DNA from: a virus | Taxonomy: Duplodnaviria; Caudoviricetes | Direction: 5' to 3' (one strand) | Length of the DNA stretch: 59,269 nucleotides | IMG/VR virus record: IMGVR_UViG_3300028581_003812 | Coordinates: 1 to 59,269 of that record | Shown: positions 1 through 8,511 of the stretch, one piece after another | How positions within the stretch are numbered: the stretch's first letter is position 1 | Layout of the letters: each line of letters starts with the position of its first letter | Program-made: the position numbers and the translations under genes | Notes under the pieces: generated by a model | Told to the model about the DNA's origin: nothing | Database searches by the model: none | What the model saw: only the letters and a program-made list of their open reading frames with translations

Positions 1-2
1 TT

Positions 3-344
3 TTTCATGGTGCTGCACAGGCCGACAGTGTGGCAGGGTTCTGGGATGGCAGTGAAGAATTTCTGGAGCAAATTAACAAAGTGTCAGCTTTGAACCGCAG
101 AAATAAAATTACAGTGCAAGCGCCATTGATTGACAAATCTAAGAAAGAAATCATCAAACTGGGCATAAAACTTGGAGTGAATTTTAGTCAGACTTGGACC
201 TGCTATGAGGGAGAAGCACAGGCTTGTGGTGAATGTACTGCGTGCTCTTTGAGAATTAAAGGCTTCATAGATGCAGGGTACATAGACCCAATTTCTTATA
301 AAATTACAATACCTTGGAAAAAGTATAACTGCAAATCAGCATAA
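3..344 (+). CDS. queC: 7-cyano-7-deazaguanine (preQ0) synthase QueC, 5'-truncated by window edge
   Basis: Frame is open from position 3 (FHGAAQADSVAGFWDGSEEF...). It contains APLIDKSKKEII and the Zn motif TWTCYEG-x4-CGECTACSLR typical of QueC. Confidence 0.9.
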   Translation, partial: FHGAAQADSVAGFWDGSEEFLEQINKVSALNRRNKITVQAPLIDKSKKEIIKLGIKLGVNFSQTWTCYEGEAQACGECTACSLRIKGFIDAGYIDPISYKITIPWKKYNCKSA

Positions 345-1427
345 GGTATTATCAGCTACTGTAGGCTGATTATCAAATGTGGCCGTCCAGCCTGGTTTAG
401 TTGGGCAGTAATAAACGGTGCCTGTGAAATACATGCCGTTTTGTCCTAATGTGGGTGGACTGCCTTTGAAATAGAGTTTATTGCAACTATTGCAATTTCT
501 AAACGGGCCTTGTCCAAACACAGTCACACTACTGGGAATAGTAAAGCTAGGTATGTTACTACAACCTATAAATGCAAAGGTTCCTAAACTAGTAACGCTA
601 TTAGAAATGGTTATACTTGTTAATTTAGTGCAATAATAGAAAGCTAACTCTGCAATACTTGTCACGCCATCAGGTACAGTATATGTGGTTCTACTGGGAC
701 CGATCGGGTGTATTAACAATTGACTTTTGTTTTTATTAAATAGCACTCCTTGTGCATCATTGCTAAAATGCAGGTTGTTGGGACTAACTGCAAAAGCAGA
801 TAGCGCGTCACATCCAGTAAAAATGTTATTAGATATAGTATTACTCGGCTGACCACCTGTAACAAAGCTACCGCTCAGACCACTGCCAATGGTCACACCG
901 GTTAAGGATCTGCAACTGTTACACATCCTGTCGCCAATGGTGTTAACACTGTCTGGTATAGTTAAGCTTCTTAACAAGAGACATCTTTCGAATGACCATT
1001 CACCAATAGAGGTCACACCATTGGGAATTACAATATTACGCAAACCGGTGGTTCTTTGAAAATCAGAGCAAGATTGGAACGCATAACTCCCAATACTGAT
1101 CACACTGTTGGGGATGGTAACACCAGACAAGGATTGACAATTTTGAAATGCACTTCTACCAATGGCCTGCACACCATCATCCATGTTAGCATTAATGAGA
1201 GTTTTTCCTGTTCTGGTGTAACTTGCTTGTGTTATGGTAGTGTCACGGGACGTGGATGTTGTGCCATCTGAGTATGTAAAAACTGAGATGGGAAGGTTAT
1301 AGAATTTGCGCCAAGCCTGATTATTATACACCCAACCACCTTGCATTGTTCTCCATGCTCCTGAATCATATGCAGAAAGACCTTTGATGTTCCTCCAAGC
1401 CTTGTTTGAATAGATGCGCATGCTCAT
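336..1427 (-). CDS. BspA-type leucine-rich-repeat (LRR_5) protein, putative receptor-binding adhesin
   Basis: Repeats such as VTIPNSVISIGSYAFQSC, IVIPNGVTSIGEWSFERC and ITISNSVTSLGTFAFIGC. The N-terminus has three AWR pseudo-repeats. Confidence 0.85.
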   Translation of the reverse strand: MSMRIYSNKAWRNIKGLSAYDSGAWRTMQGGWVYNNQAWRKFYNLPISVFTYSDGTTSTSRDTTITQASYTRTGKTLINANMDDGVQAIGRSAFQNCQSLSGVTIPNSVISIGSYAFQSCSDFQRTTGLRNIVIPNGVTSIGEWSFERCLLLRSLTIPDSVNTIGDRMCNSCRSLTGVTIGSGLSGSFVTGGQPSNTISNNIFTGCDALSAFAVSPNNLHFSNDAQGVLFNKNKSQLLIHPIGPSRTTYTVPDGVTSIAELAFYYCTKLTSITISNSVTSLGTFAFIGCSNIPSFTIPSSVTVFGQGPFRNCNSCNKLYFKGSPPTLGQNGMYFTGTVYYCPTKPGWTATFDNQPTVADNTLC

Positions 1428-1439
1428 AAAAGAGCCGTA

Positions 1440-1625
1440 TCAGTATTGATACCAGATATCACCTTCAGAACCAGCAACAGATGGGGCAAGAGTACTCACT
1501 GTTCGCCCTGTTGACAGTATGGATGAAACAGGGGTAGACAACGTACTGGTACCATTACTATACGGAATAAGATCACTGCGCGTTGGAGCTGATCGAGTTA
1601 ACTCAGATATCGTTACATCTGCCAT
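1440..1625 (-). CDS. Small virion fibre/adaptor protein (MADVTISEL family) ending in GDIWYQY
   Basis: The N-terminal ~37 aa align with the proteins at 13921-14865 and 18653-19756. The C-terminal STLAPSVAGSEGDIWYQY resembles phage fibre motifs. Confidence 0.7.
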   Translation of the reverse strand: MADVTISELTRSAPTRSDLIPYSNGTSTLSTPVSSILSTGRTVSTLAPSVAGSEGDIWYQY

Positions 1626-1627
1626 AA

Positions 1628-2527
1628 TTAATCTCCATAACTAAATCCACCGGAGTCGTATCCGCGGCGACCTGGCAGCGCTCCCGTGCCACGTAATTCA
1701 CTGGTCGGTAAATCATCTTCAGGGTATTCTTCAACAGTTTCTACTTCACCGGTACCTTCACCTTCCTTCTTCTCTGATGCAGGGGTGAAGCTGTTCTTAA
1801 ATTTTAATGAGTCAATAAAGTCTTGCACCACCTCTTTGTCGTTGGCCATGGTTTGATCATAGGCACGCGTAATGGCTTCAATTACTTCATTCTTGAGTTC
1901 AGGCGAATCATAAATGTCACCCTGTTCAATTGTTATTTCATCCGGTAGCTCCACAAATATTGGCATCCATTCCTTAATAAAACGAGTATTGGTATTTTTT
2001 AAAAATACATTTGCATTGGTTACTCCCACTGGTGCAGAAGGCGTTTCAGCTGCGCCACTTGTCAATGATTGACCAGACACACCTGCATCAATGGCTTTTT
2101 TAACTGCCACAGGGCTTGCAGAAGTACCACCCTCCATGTCCACCTTTACCACATTCAATAAATTATCAACAACTCTTGCAGTGTACTTGGCATCAGTACC
2201 ACCAAGCTTGAGCTCATTCTTGATGAGCTTCTCCAGCTCAATTCTGAATTTCATTTTTGAACCTGGATAAAACATGGAGTATTCCTTGCCATCAACTACA
2301 TGTGCCTCTGGTTTGAATAGTTTGGTTTTGATGGCCAGCAGCAAGTTGTTAGCTATTTCTGTCTTAGATTTACCATCTCTGGCTGCAGCTTTGCCAATGC
2401 CATAGCCTCCACTAGGACTTTTTTCAATATCCCCAGTGTAACCTATGTCATCCCCATAAATGGGTGCTTCCATGATGGGTTTTCTGGCATTATATGCTTC
2501 AAATATGTGTTTACAGTCATTATTCAT
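1628..2527 (-). CDS. Hypothetical late protein, possible internal head protein
   Basis: 299-aa ORF with TAAATA 7 nt upstream, N-terminal IFE/IME motifs and an acidic C-terminus. Confidence 0.55.
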   Translation of the reverse strand: MNNDCKHIFEAYNARKPIMEAPIYGDDIGYTGDIEKSPSGGYGIGKAAARDGKSKTEIANNLLLAIKTKLFKPEAHVVDGKEYSMFYPGSKMKFRIELEKLIKNELKLGGTDAKYTARVVDNLLNVVKVDMEGGTSASPVAVKKAIDAGVSGQSLTSGAAETPSAPVGVTNANVFLKNTNTRFIKEWMPIFVELPDEITIEQGDIYDSPELKNEVIEAITRAYDQTMANDKEVVQDFIDSLKFKNSFTPASEKKEGEGTGEVETVEEYPEDDLPTSELRGTGALPGRRGYDSGGFSYGD

Positions 2528-2528
2528 C

Positions 2529-2567
2529 TTGAAATATTTAATCTTTTACTTATAATAAATAGGAGGT
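2529..2567 (+). promoter_or_regulatory. Sigma70-type promoter (TTGAAA-N16-TATAAT) and Shine-Dalgarno AGGAGGT for the amidotransferase; overlaps a divergent late promoter
   Basis: TTGAAA 2529-2534, TATAAT 2551-2556, AGGAGGT 2561-2567. TATTTA at 2535-2540 is TAAATA on the minus strand. Confidence 0.7.
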
Positions 2568-2575
2568 AATATAAT

Positions 2576-3259
2576 ATTTGTGGCATATTTGGAGCTAAAG
2601 ACTTTGCGAATTACGTGAAGCTTTACAAAGAAAACAGGAAACGAGGTACGTTTTCCTATGGAGGCCTACTGATTGGCAGCAAAGTGCATGCCATACTCAA
2701 AACCCCTGGAGTCGCTAATCTTACCAACAAGCTCATCATTGAGTATGGTAAAACCAAGAGACACATAACTGATTTCAACGTTTTCTTAGGCCATACACAA
2801 GCACCTACATCTTCACAAAGAGCATTTACAGCCAAGACATCCCATCCCTTTCAGTACAAAGAGTGGATAGTTGCACACAATGGTGTACTGACAAATGACA
2901 AGGAATTAAAAAAACTCATACCAGACAAGAAGGCTTATAATGTTGTGGATTCATCTGTGATTGCACCTTTGCTGACAAAGCATCACAAGGAAACAAAAGA
3001 TGAAATTGTTGCAATCAAAAATACATGTTCCATGTTGAAGGGCACTTTTGGTCTCTGGATATACAATCAACAATCGGCCAATGTGTATCTGGCAAGGTCA
3101 GGCAGCACTCTGTTTGCTGATTATCTCAACAACATGTTTTCATCAACCAAGTACAGTGATTTTGTTGCCCTGGATGAAGGGTTAATTTACCTGTTAACCA
3201 CAGAAGGCATAACTGCTGTGGGCAAGTTTGCATCCAATTCGCCATTCTTCACATCATGA
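2576..3259 (+). CDS. Class II (Ntn) glutamine amidotransferase, ATT start
   Basis: Extending the 2615 ORF upstream gives ATT-TGT-GGC-ATA-TTT-GGA = (M)CGIFG. Other motifs are GHTQAPT, SHPF, VAHNGVLTN and VDSSVI. An in-frame TAA lies at 2567-2569. Confidence 0.85.
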   Translation: MCGIFGAKDFANYVKLYKENRKRGTFSYGGLLIGSKVHAILKTPGVANLTNKLIIEYGKTKRHITDFNVFLGHTQAPTSSQRAFTAKTSHPFQYKEWIVAHNGVLTNDKELKKLIPDKKAYNVVDSSVIAPLLTKHHKETKDEIVAIKNTCSMLKGTFGLWIYNQQSANVYLARSGSTLFADYLNNMFSSTKYSDFVALDEGLIYLLTTEGITAVGKFASNSPFFTS

Positions 3260-3936
3260 AGATAGCGTTCTATAGTGTCACAAGAAACAAGATTGAAGGC
3301 ACACCCTTTCATCGCAGTATTAATAAAATAATTAGAGCTATCCCCAATGAGCTTATAATGTATCATTACAAGGAAAACAATACTGAAGGTCTCAGCAAAT
3401 GTTACAATGCTTTTCTAAAAGAACATAGTAAATTCTATGATTATATTGTGTTTGTTCATGATGATGTGTACATAGATGATTTCAACATTCATGAAAAGCT
3501 AGAAACACATCACAAAGACTTTGATATAGTAGGATTAGCAGGTGGCATTAATCCCAAGATGCAAAAATTAGCTCTTTGGCATTTAATGTGTGGTGGCATA
3601 GGCGGTTCAAATCTGCGCGGCGCAGTTGCTCATTCAGTAAATGATAAGCAGATTTTTATGACTAGCTTTGGTCCCACACCCAGCAGGGTTACCATACTGG
3701 ATGGGTTATTTCTAAGTGTAAACACCAAACGTATTAAAGAAACAGGGTTTAAGTTTAATGAAAACTACACGTTTCATCATTATGACATTGCCAGCTGTTT
3801 GGATGCAAATAAATTAAAATTAAAATTAGGTGTTGCTCCTATTTGGGTGGTGCACAAATCTCCCGGGCTATCTAATGTTAATGATGATGTTTTTATCCAT
3901 AGTCAAGAGAAGTTCTTGCAAGAGTACAATAATTGA
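3256..3936 (+). CDS. GT-A fold (GT2-like) glycosyltransferase
   Basis: GLSKCYN, YIVFVHDDVYI (DxD-like), IVGLAG, LDGLFL and FHHYDIASCL. Confidence 0.8.
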   Translation: MKIAFYSVTRNKIEGTPFHRSINKIIRAIPNELIMYHYKENNTEGLSKCYNAFLKEHSKFYDYIVFVHDDVYIDDFNIHEKLETHHKDFDIVGLAGGINPKMQKLALWHLMCGGIGGSNLRGAVAHSVNDKQIFMTSFGPTPSRVTILDGLFLSVNTKRIKETGFKFNENYTFHHYDIASCLDANKLKLKLGVAPIWVVHKSPGLSNVNDDVFIHSQEKFLQEYNN

Positions 3937-3960
3937 TTATCTTAAACAAGATACTATCAT
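3933..3960 (+). promoter_or_regulatory. Early sigma70-type promoter for the helicase
   Basis: TTGATT 3933-3938, N16, TATCAT 3955-3960; ATG follows after a 6-nt gap. Confidence 0.6.
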
Positions 3961-3966
3961 AAGTTC

Positions 3967-5295
3967 ATGGCAAGGTTAGATCTAGATTACTTTGAAATTA
4001 TTATTGCTTTTAAGGCTCTGACAGATGAAACCTATCTGGCTTCCATTGTTGACTACTTAAAGCCAATATACTTCAAGAACAAGGATATAAAAGCCATCTT
4101 TGCCATCATATCTGACTTTTATGAAAAACGAGGCACAAAGCCAACCATAACTGAAATCAAGTCATACTTAATTACTGATGAACTCAAAACATCACTTAAA
4201 AATGTTGTCACACTCTTTAATAATGTAGATAAAAATTTTAATCTGGATGAGCTTTCAGCCAATACAGAGATATTTTTAAAAGAAAAAGCAGTTTACTACA
4301 CCATGATGGATGTAGTAGATGACATTCAGAAGAGTACTGTTGACACATCCAAAATATTAGACAAGTTTGAAAAGGCTTGTAGCCTGTCTTTAACCACAGC
4401 GGTGGGGTTGGACTTGTTCACTGACATAGACAGAGTAATTACCGATTTAAATTCTAATGAGAATTACATTCCATCTGGATGGAAATGGCTAGATGATAAA
4501 ATTGGTGGTGGGTTTCTAGAGGAAGGCAGAGCATTATATTTGTTTGCTGGTGAAACCAACATAGGCAAAAGTATTTTCCTGGGCAATGTTGCCATTAATA
4601 TTGCCAATCAAGGCAAGACAGTGTTATTGGTGTCACTTGAAATGCCTGAGTTAATTTATGCCAAACGCCTTTGTTCCAGTGTATCAAAGATACCCCTCAG
4701 TCAGTTGAAAGTAGAGTCTGAAACACTTAAAAACCAAATCAACGAATATTGTGTAGAAAAACCCAATTCAAAAATTATTATCAAAGAATTCCCACCTGCG
4801 TCCATATCTTGCAATCATTTGAAAGCATTTATTAAAAAACTAATTCAAAAAGGAATTAAAATTGATGCCATAGTTCTAGATTATGTTAATTTGCTGCACA
4901 CCTCCATAGGTGATACAAGCTATGAGCGAATTAAAATTTGCACAGAACAATTGCGTGCATTGTCTTATGAGTTTGCATGTCCAATTATTTCTGCCACACA
5001 GTTGAATAGAGATGGGTATGAAATAACTGATCCAGGATTGAAGACAATTTCTGAAAGTATAGGTCTTGCAATGACTGGTGACGTCATTTTGAGCATCTGG
5101 CAAGACGACACAGATAGAGAGCTTGGTATTATTAAAATGGGCTTCATGAAGAACAGGTTAGGACCTAATTTCGGTCATTGCTCCATGAGAATTGACTATT
5201 CCACCCTGACTATCACAGAAGACGAACATATGAATGATACAGAAGCCAGTACATCATCTATAAATACACTCTCAAAATTGTCCCTGGGCAATTGA
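3967..5295 (+). CDS. Replicative DnaB-like helicase (T4 gp41-like)
   Basis: Walker A GETNIGKS, VSLEM, IIIKEFP, IVLDYVNLL, SATQLNR, ISESIGL and KNRLG. Confidence 0.95.
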   Translation: MARLDLDYFEIIIAFKALTDETYLASIVDYLKPIYFKNKDIKAIFAIISDFYEKRGTKPTITEIKSYLITDELKTSLKNVVTLFNNVDKNFNLDELSANTEIFLKEKAVYYTMMDVVDDIQKSTVDTSKILDKFEKACSLSLTTAVGLDLFTDIDRVITDLNSNENYIPSGWKWLDDKIGGGFLEEGRALYLFAGETNIGKSIFLGNVAINIANQGKTVLLVSLEMPELIYAKRLCSSVSKIPLSQLKVESETLKNQINEYCVEKPNSKIIIKEFPPASISCNHLKAFIKKLIQKGIKIDAIVLDYVNLLHTSIGDTSYERIKICTEQLRALSYEFACPIISATQLNRDGYEITDPGLKTISESIGLAMTGDVILSIWQDDTDRELGIIKMGFMKNRLGPNFGHCSMRIDYSTLTITEDEHMNDTEASTSSINTLSKLSLGN

Positions 5296-5326
5296 TTTAT
5301 ACCATTTCTACTATAATTAGTTGTAA

Positions 5327-5611
5327 GTGAAAGGATATGATCCTACTGAACGGCTAAATGAATATGAGCAAACACATTTGTTTTTATCTTTTTGTTCGCT
5401 AATAACTCTGTTGCATACTAAAAAATTGAATTTAGCAAATGTATTTATTTTATTGCTTAAAAATAATAATGTGAGATCCTTGTTTCTAAAGTATTGTGAA
5501 TTAAGAAACGATTTTAGCGCAATAAAATTTTTCTTGCAATTTGACTCAGGACTGTATAAAAGTAAGTATGTTATGAAATTCCTAAACACACACAAAAAAA
5601 ATCTGCTATGA
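5327..5611 (+). CDS. Hypothetical protein
   Basis: 94-aa ORF with TTGATT...TATAAT upstream and an ATGA overlap with the next gene. Confidence 0.6.
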   Translation: MKGYDPTERLNEYEQTHLFLSFCSLITLLHTKKLNLANVFILLLKNNNVRSLFLKYCELRNDFSAIKFFLQFDSGLYKSKYVMKFLNTHKKNLL

Positions 5612-5814
5612 AACACAACGCAATAGTTAAACTGGATCCGAAAAAAAGTAAAGACAAGGCCTATTTTGATAGGGCTTGGAATAAATTTAATCGTGAATTC
5701 TTGAATTCTGGAGTTCTAGAAGATCTTAAATTAAAGAGGTGCTATTATAAACCCAGTGCACTCAAGAAAGTTAAGAAACAGATTGTGCGGTTCAAGTGGA
5801 AACACTTAAAGTGA
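5608..5814 (+). CDS. rpsU: Phage-encoded ribosomal protein bS21 homolog
   Basis: 68-aa basic protein. FDRAWNKFNREFLNSGVLEDLKLKRCYYKPSALKKVKK matches the bS21 pattern (ALRRFKR...GIL.E.R.R..YEKPS..RK.K). Confidence 0.8.
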   Translation: MKHNAIVKLDPKKSKDKAYFDRAWNKFNREFLNSGVLEDLKLKRCYYKPSALKKVKKQIVRFKWKHLK

Positions 5815-6452
5815 TATCTGAATACGATAAACTTGTATACAACTCATATCTAAAAACTTCTCGATCGAGAAACAAACTGCCATACAAATTTAGAAAAAAT
5901 TTTGAAAAGGTAGATGATAGAACTTTTGTACAAATTAAAAAACTGTCATCATTCTTAAAGAGATTTCCTCACATAAAAATTGATGAGTTCTTCAATGCAC
6001 CCTACAACCTGTATCCAGACGAAACATATTTTCCTATTGAATATTTTACATCTTTAAAAGCAACAAAAGCTTATACGCTATTTCAAAAGAAGAAAATTAA
6101 TGAAGATCCAGATAGCCTGGATCAGCTTCAAAATATCAAGGAATCATTGATGTTCATAAACAGCTTTTGCAGACAACAAAATATTGATCCACTCAGTTAC
6201 ATTCATCACAAAACAAACAACGAATTTTCATTTCTCATTCATCTAAAAGAGCACAAGGTGAATGTATACACTCTTCTGGGTTTTGTTAATTTTGAAAAGA
6301 ATCTCAAGACAAGAGATGCAGGAGTTGCAAAATTTATCATAGGTGAAGATGTCTATAATAACATTCAAAATTACAGAACACGTCTGTTTAATTCTCACAA
6401 AGCTGTTCGTCTGGTTGAGCTGGGTATCAAGAAAATTTCAAATAGTTCTTGA
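5811..6452 (+). CDS. Putative helicase loader (T4 gp59-like)
   Basis: About 213 aa, basic and aromatic-rich, immediately upstream of gp32 as in T4-like genomes. GTG 5811 overlaps the bS21 stop. The call rests mostly on size and synteny. Confidence 0.45.
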   Translation: MISEYDKLVYNSYLKTSRSRNKLPYKFRKNFEKVDDRTFVQIKKLSSFLKRFPHIKIDEFFNAPYNLYPDETYFPIEYFTSLKATKAYTLFQKKKINEDPDSLDQLQNIKESLMFINSFCRQQNIDPLSYIHHKTNNEFSFLIHLKEHKVNVYTLLGFVNFEKNLKTRDAGVAKFIIGEDVYNNIQNYRTRLFNSHKAVRLVELGIKKISNSS

Positions 6453-6483
6453 TTTATTCAACAAAGCCATTATTATAATAAAT

Positions 6484-7338
6484 ATGAGTACATTTACCAC
6501 ATCAATGTTTGAGAGTATCAAAGGCGCACTAACCAAGGACAACGGACCCACTGCTTCCAAGATCAAGGATTATCTTCGATGCGAGGTTGGTAATACTTAT
6601 ACTGTAAGATTGCTGCCTAACGTTAAGGATCCGTCCAAAACGTTTTTTCATTATTATTCCTATGGGTGGAACAGTCTTACAACTGGCCAGCTTGTCACTG
6701 CCATAAGCCCCACCACATGGAATCAGCGTGATCCTATTGCAGAAGAGCGCTTTCGTGTGCTTCGCAATGGAACTGACAAGGAAAAGGAAAAGGCTCTTGC
6801 CATCAAGCGTCGTGAAAATTGGATGGTAAACATATTTGTAATCAATGATCCAGTTAATCCGGATAACAACAACAAAACCAAGGTGCTTCGATTTGGTCGA
6901 CAACTGCACAAGATCATCATGGATGCCATAGAAGGTGAAGAAGCAGAAGATCTGGGCCCTCGTATTTTTGATCTGTCACCCAAAGGATGCAACCTGCGTA
7001 TCAAAGTGGAAAAGCAAGGTGATTATCCCACATATGTGTCTTCTAAGTTCTCCACACCAAAAGAAATTGAAGGTCTTGACGAAGATTCCTATAACAAGAT
7101 TTATAGTGGTGCTTATGATTTGGAATCATATGTCTCAGTCAAGAGTTATGATGAGCTGAAAGGATTACTGGATGCTCATTATCATTGCACTAAGGATGTT
7201 GAAGATAGTGAAGTAATCACTACCAAAACATCAGCTCCTACACCAGTGGTTGAAGTGGTTGCAATTAAAAAGCCAGCAGCTGCAAAAACCACAGCTGAAG
7301 AAGATGACTCCATCAGTGAACTGTTAAAAGACTTATAA
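6484..7338 (+). CDS. Single-stranded DNA-binding protein (T4 gp32-like)
   Basis: VRLLP, FFHYYSYGW, IFVINDPVNPDNNNKTKVLRFG, IFDL..GCNLRIK, YPTYVSSKF and an acidic tail. Start moved to ATG 6484, behind TTGATT-N16-TATTAT (6449-6476). Confidence 0.92.
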   Translation: MSTFTTSMFESIKGALTKDNGPTASKIKDYLRCEVGNTYTVRLLPNVKDPSKTFFHYYSYGWNSLTTGQLVTAISPTTWNQRDPIAEERFRVLRNGTDKEKEKALAIKRRENWMVNIFVINDPVNPDNNNKTKVLRFGRQLHKIIMDAIEGEEAEDLGPRIFDLSPKGCNLRIKVEKQGDYPTYVSSKFSTPKEIEGLDEDSYNKIYSGAYDLESYVSVKSYDELKGLLDAHYHCTKDVEDSEVITTKTSAPTPVVEVVAIKKPAAAKTTAEEDDSISELLKDL

Positions 7339-7748
7339 TGGATACATTTGAAGAGCTGTCGTCTGAAGACCTAAAGATGACAGCTCTGCAGTTCATAGGG
7401 CAAAACCTCTCTGGCCCCTTAAAAGAGCTGGACAGCTTTATAATCAGTAAAAATCCGACTCTTCAAGGTAAAACACTGGACCCGCATAGGATTATCAATT
7501 CAATTCCCGGGTTAATGCAATCCCCTGTTGCAACAAATGTGGTTAATGCAGGTGTAAATGTGCAACAACACCCCGTGCAGCAGCAGTACATCAACCCACA
7601 TGTGGTTGTTGAAACTTTTCAAAAAGATGACAATCAATTGGAATTTGATTTTGAAAAAAAAGCTCGGTATTCAGATATCTTAGATGCACTTGTTGATATT
7701 AAAACAAAACTCTCTCGCATTGAAGATAGATTAGGAAACAAAGATTGA
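7338..7748 (+). CDS. Hypothetical protein
   Basis: 136-aa ORF coupled to the gp32 stop (TAATG), with a Gln/Pro-rich middle. Confidence 0.6.
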   Translation: MDTFEELSSEDLKMTALQFIGQNLSGPLKELDSFIISKNPTLQGKTLDPHRIINSIPGLMQSPVATNVVNAGVNVQQHPVQQQYINPHVVVETFQKDDNQLEFDFEKKARYSDILDALVDIKTKLSRIEDRLGNKD

Positions 7749-7779
7749 TATTCTCATCTAAGAGGTTATTATAAATACA

Positions 7780-8511
7780 ATGACCCTTAGCATTGCCAAC
7801 AAAGATAACTTTTTAAATAATTTTCTTTCTCCCTTAAGCAAGATAACAGACAGTGCTGTCATTAATGTCAATCCAGGCAAAATTACATCACTCATTTCCA
7901 CTAGTGATAACACCATCATTGTGGATAGCAATTATTCAGATGATAAGATCGATGCAATAAAGACACTCAACATACCTGATTTAAAAAAGTTATCTCGTGT
8001 AATAAGCTGCATTGAAGAGCAGAGTTTTAGTTTGGATATATCATCTAATTTTATTGGGTACTCGTCTAACAATGTTCGCTTCAAATACCATTTGTATGAT
8101 GATGGAATCATAAGTTCACCAAAGCTCAATGTAGAAAAGCTCAAGTCTTTTTCATTTGATGGAAGCTTCACCCTGCCGTATGCAGCTGTGGTTAATCTTG
8201 TCAAAGGCAGCTCCATTAGTACTGAAACTAATAAAATCTATATATCTGTTAAAGACAAGCTAGTTGTTGGTGAGCTCACTGATAAAACAAGGGCCAATAT
8301 AGACTCTTATGGTATTCAAGTTGCAGATAATTATGATGGGACGCAGTTTGCCACAGCTATACCGTTGAATTTCGAGATATTTAGAATAATTTCTTCTATG
8401 AGATTCAAAGAGCTGCACACACAATTAATAACTAAGATGGGAGTGCTCACATTCGACTTAACACTTGACAATGCTCAATTTAAGTTCGTCATATCAGCAC
8501 TGGCAAATTAA
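7780..8511 (+). CDS. DNA polymerase sliding clamp (T4 gp45-like)
   Basis: 243 aa with a clamp-like alpha/beta pattern (LNIPDLKKLSRVIS, VRFKYHL). Replication context, with promoter TTGATA-N16-TATTAT at 7745-7772. Confidence 0.7.
   Translation: MTLSIANKDNFLNNFLSPLSKITDSAVINVNPGKITSLISTSDNTIIVDSNYSDDKIDAIKTLNIPDLKKLSRVISCIEEQSFSLDISSNFIGYSSNNVRFKYHLYDDGIISSPKLNVEKLKSFSFDGSFTLPYAAVVNLVKGSSISTETNKIYISVKDKLVVGELTDKTRANIDSYGIQVADNYDGTQFATAIPLNFEIFRIISSMRFKELHTQLITKMGVLTFDLTLDNAQFKFVISALAN

Noticed and set aside
1440-1442. Genome-wide stop-codon reassignment (TGA or TAG)
   Set aside because: Core genes are intact in code 11. TGA ends several genes with ATGA/GTGA overlaps (3259, 5611, 5814) and TAG ends others (10646, 51449).
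5317-5616. 99-aa minus-strand ORF
   Set aside because: Fully antisense to the plus-strand gene that has a promoter and is coupled to bS21.
6343-6483. N-terminal extension of gp32 in the ORF track (likewise extensions at 10431, 12490, 33719, 48337)
   Set aside because: The extensions overlap upstream genes or promoter sequence; downstream ATGs fit the promoter spacing or gene boundaries.
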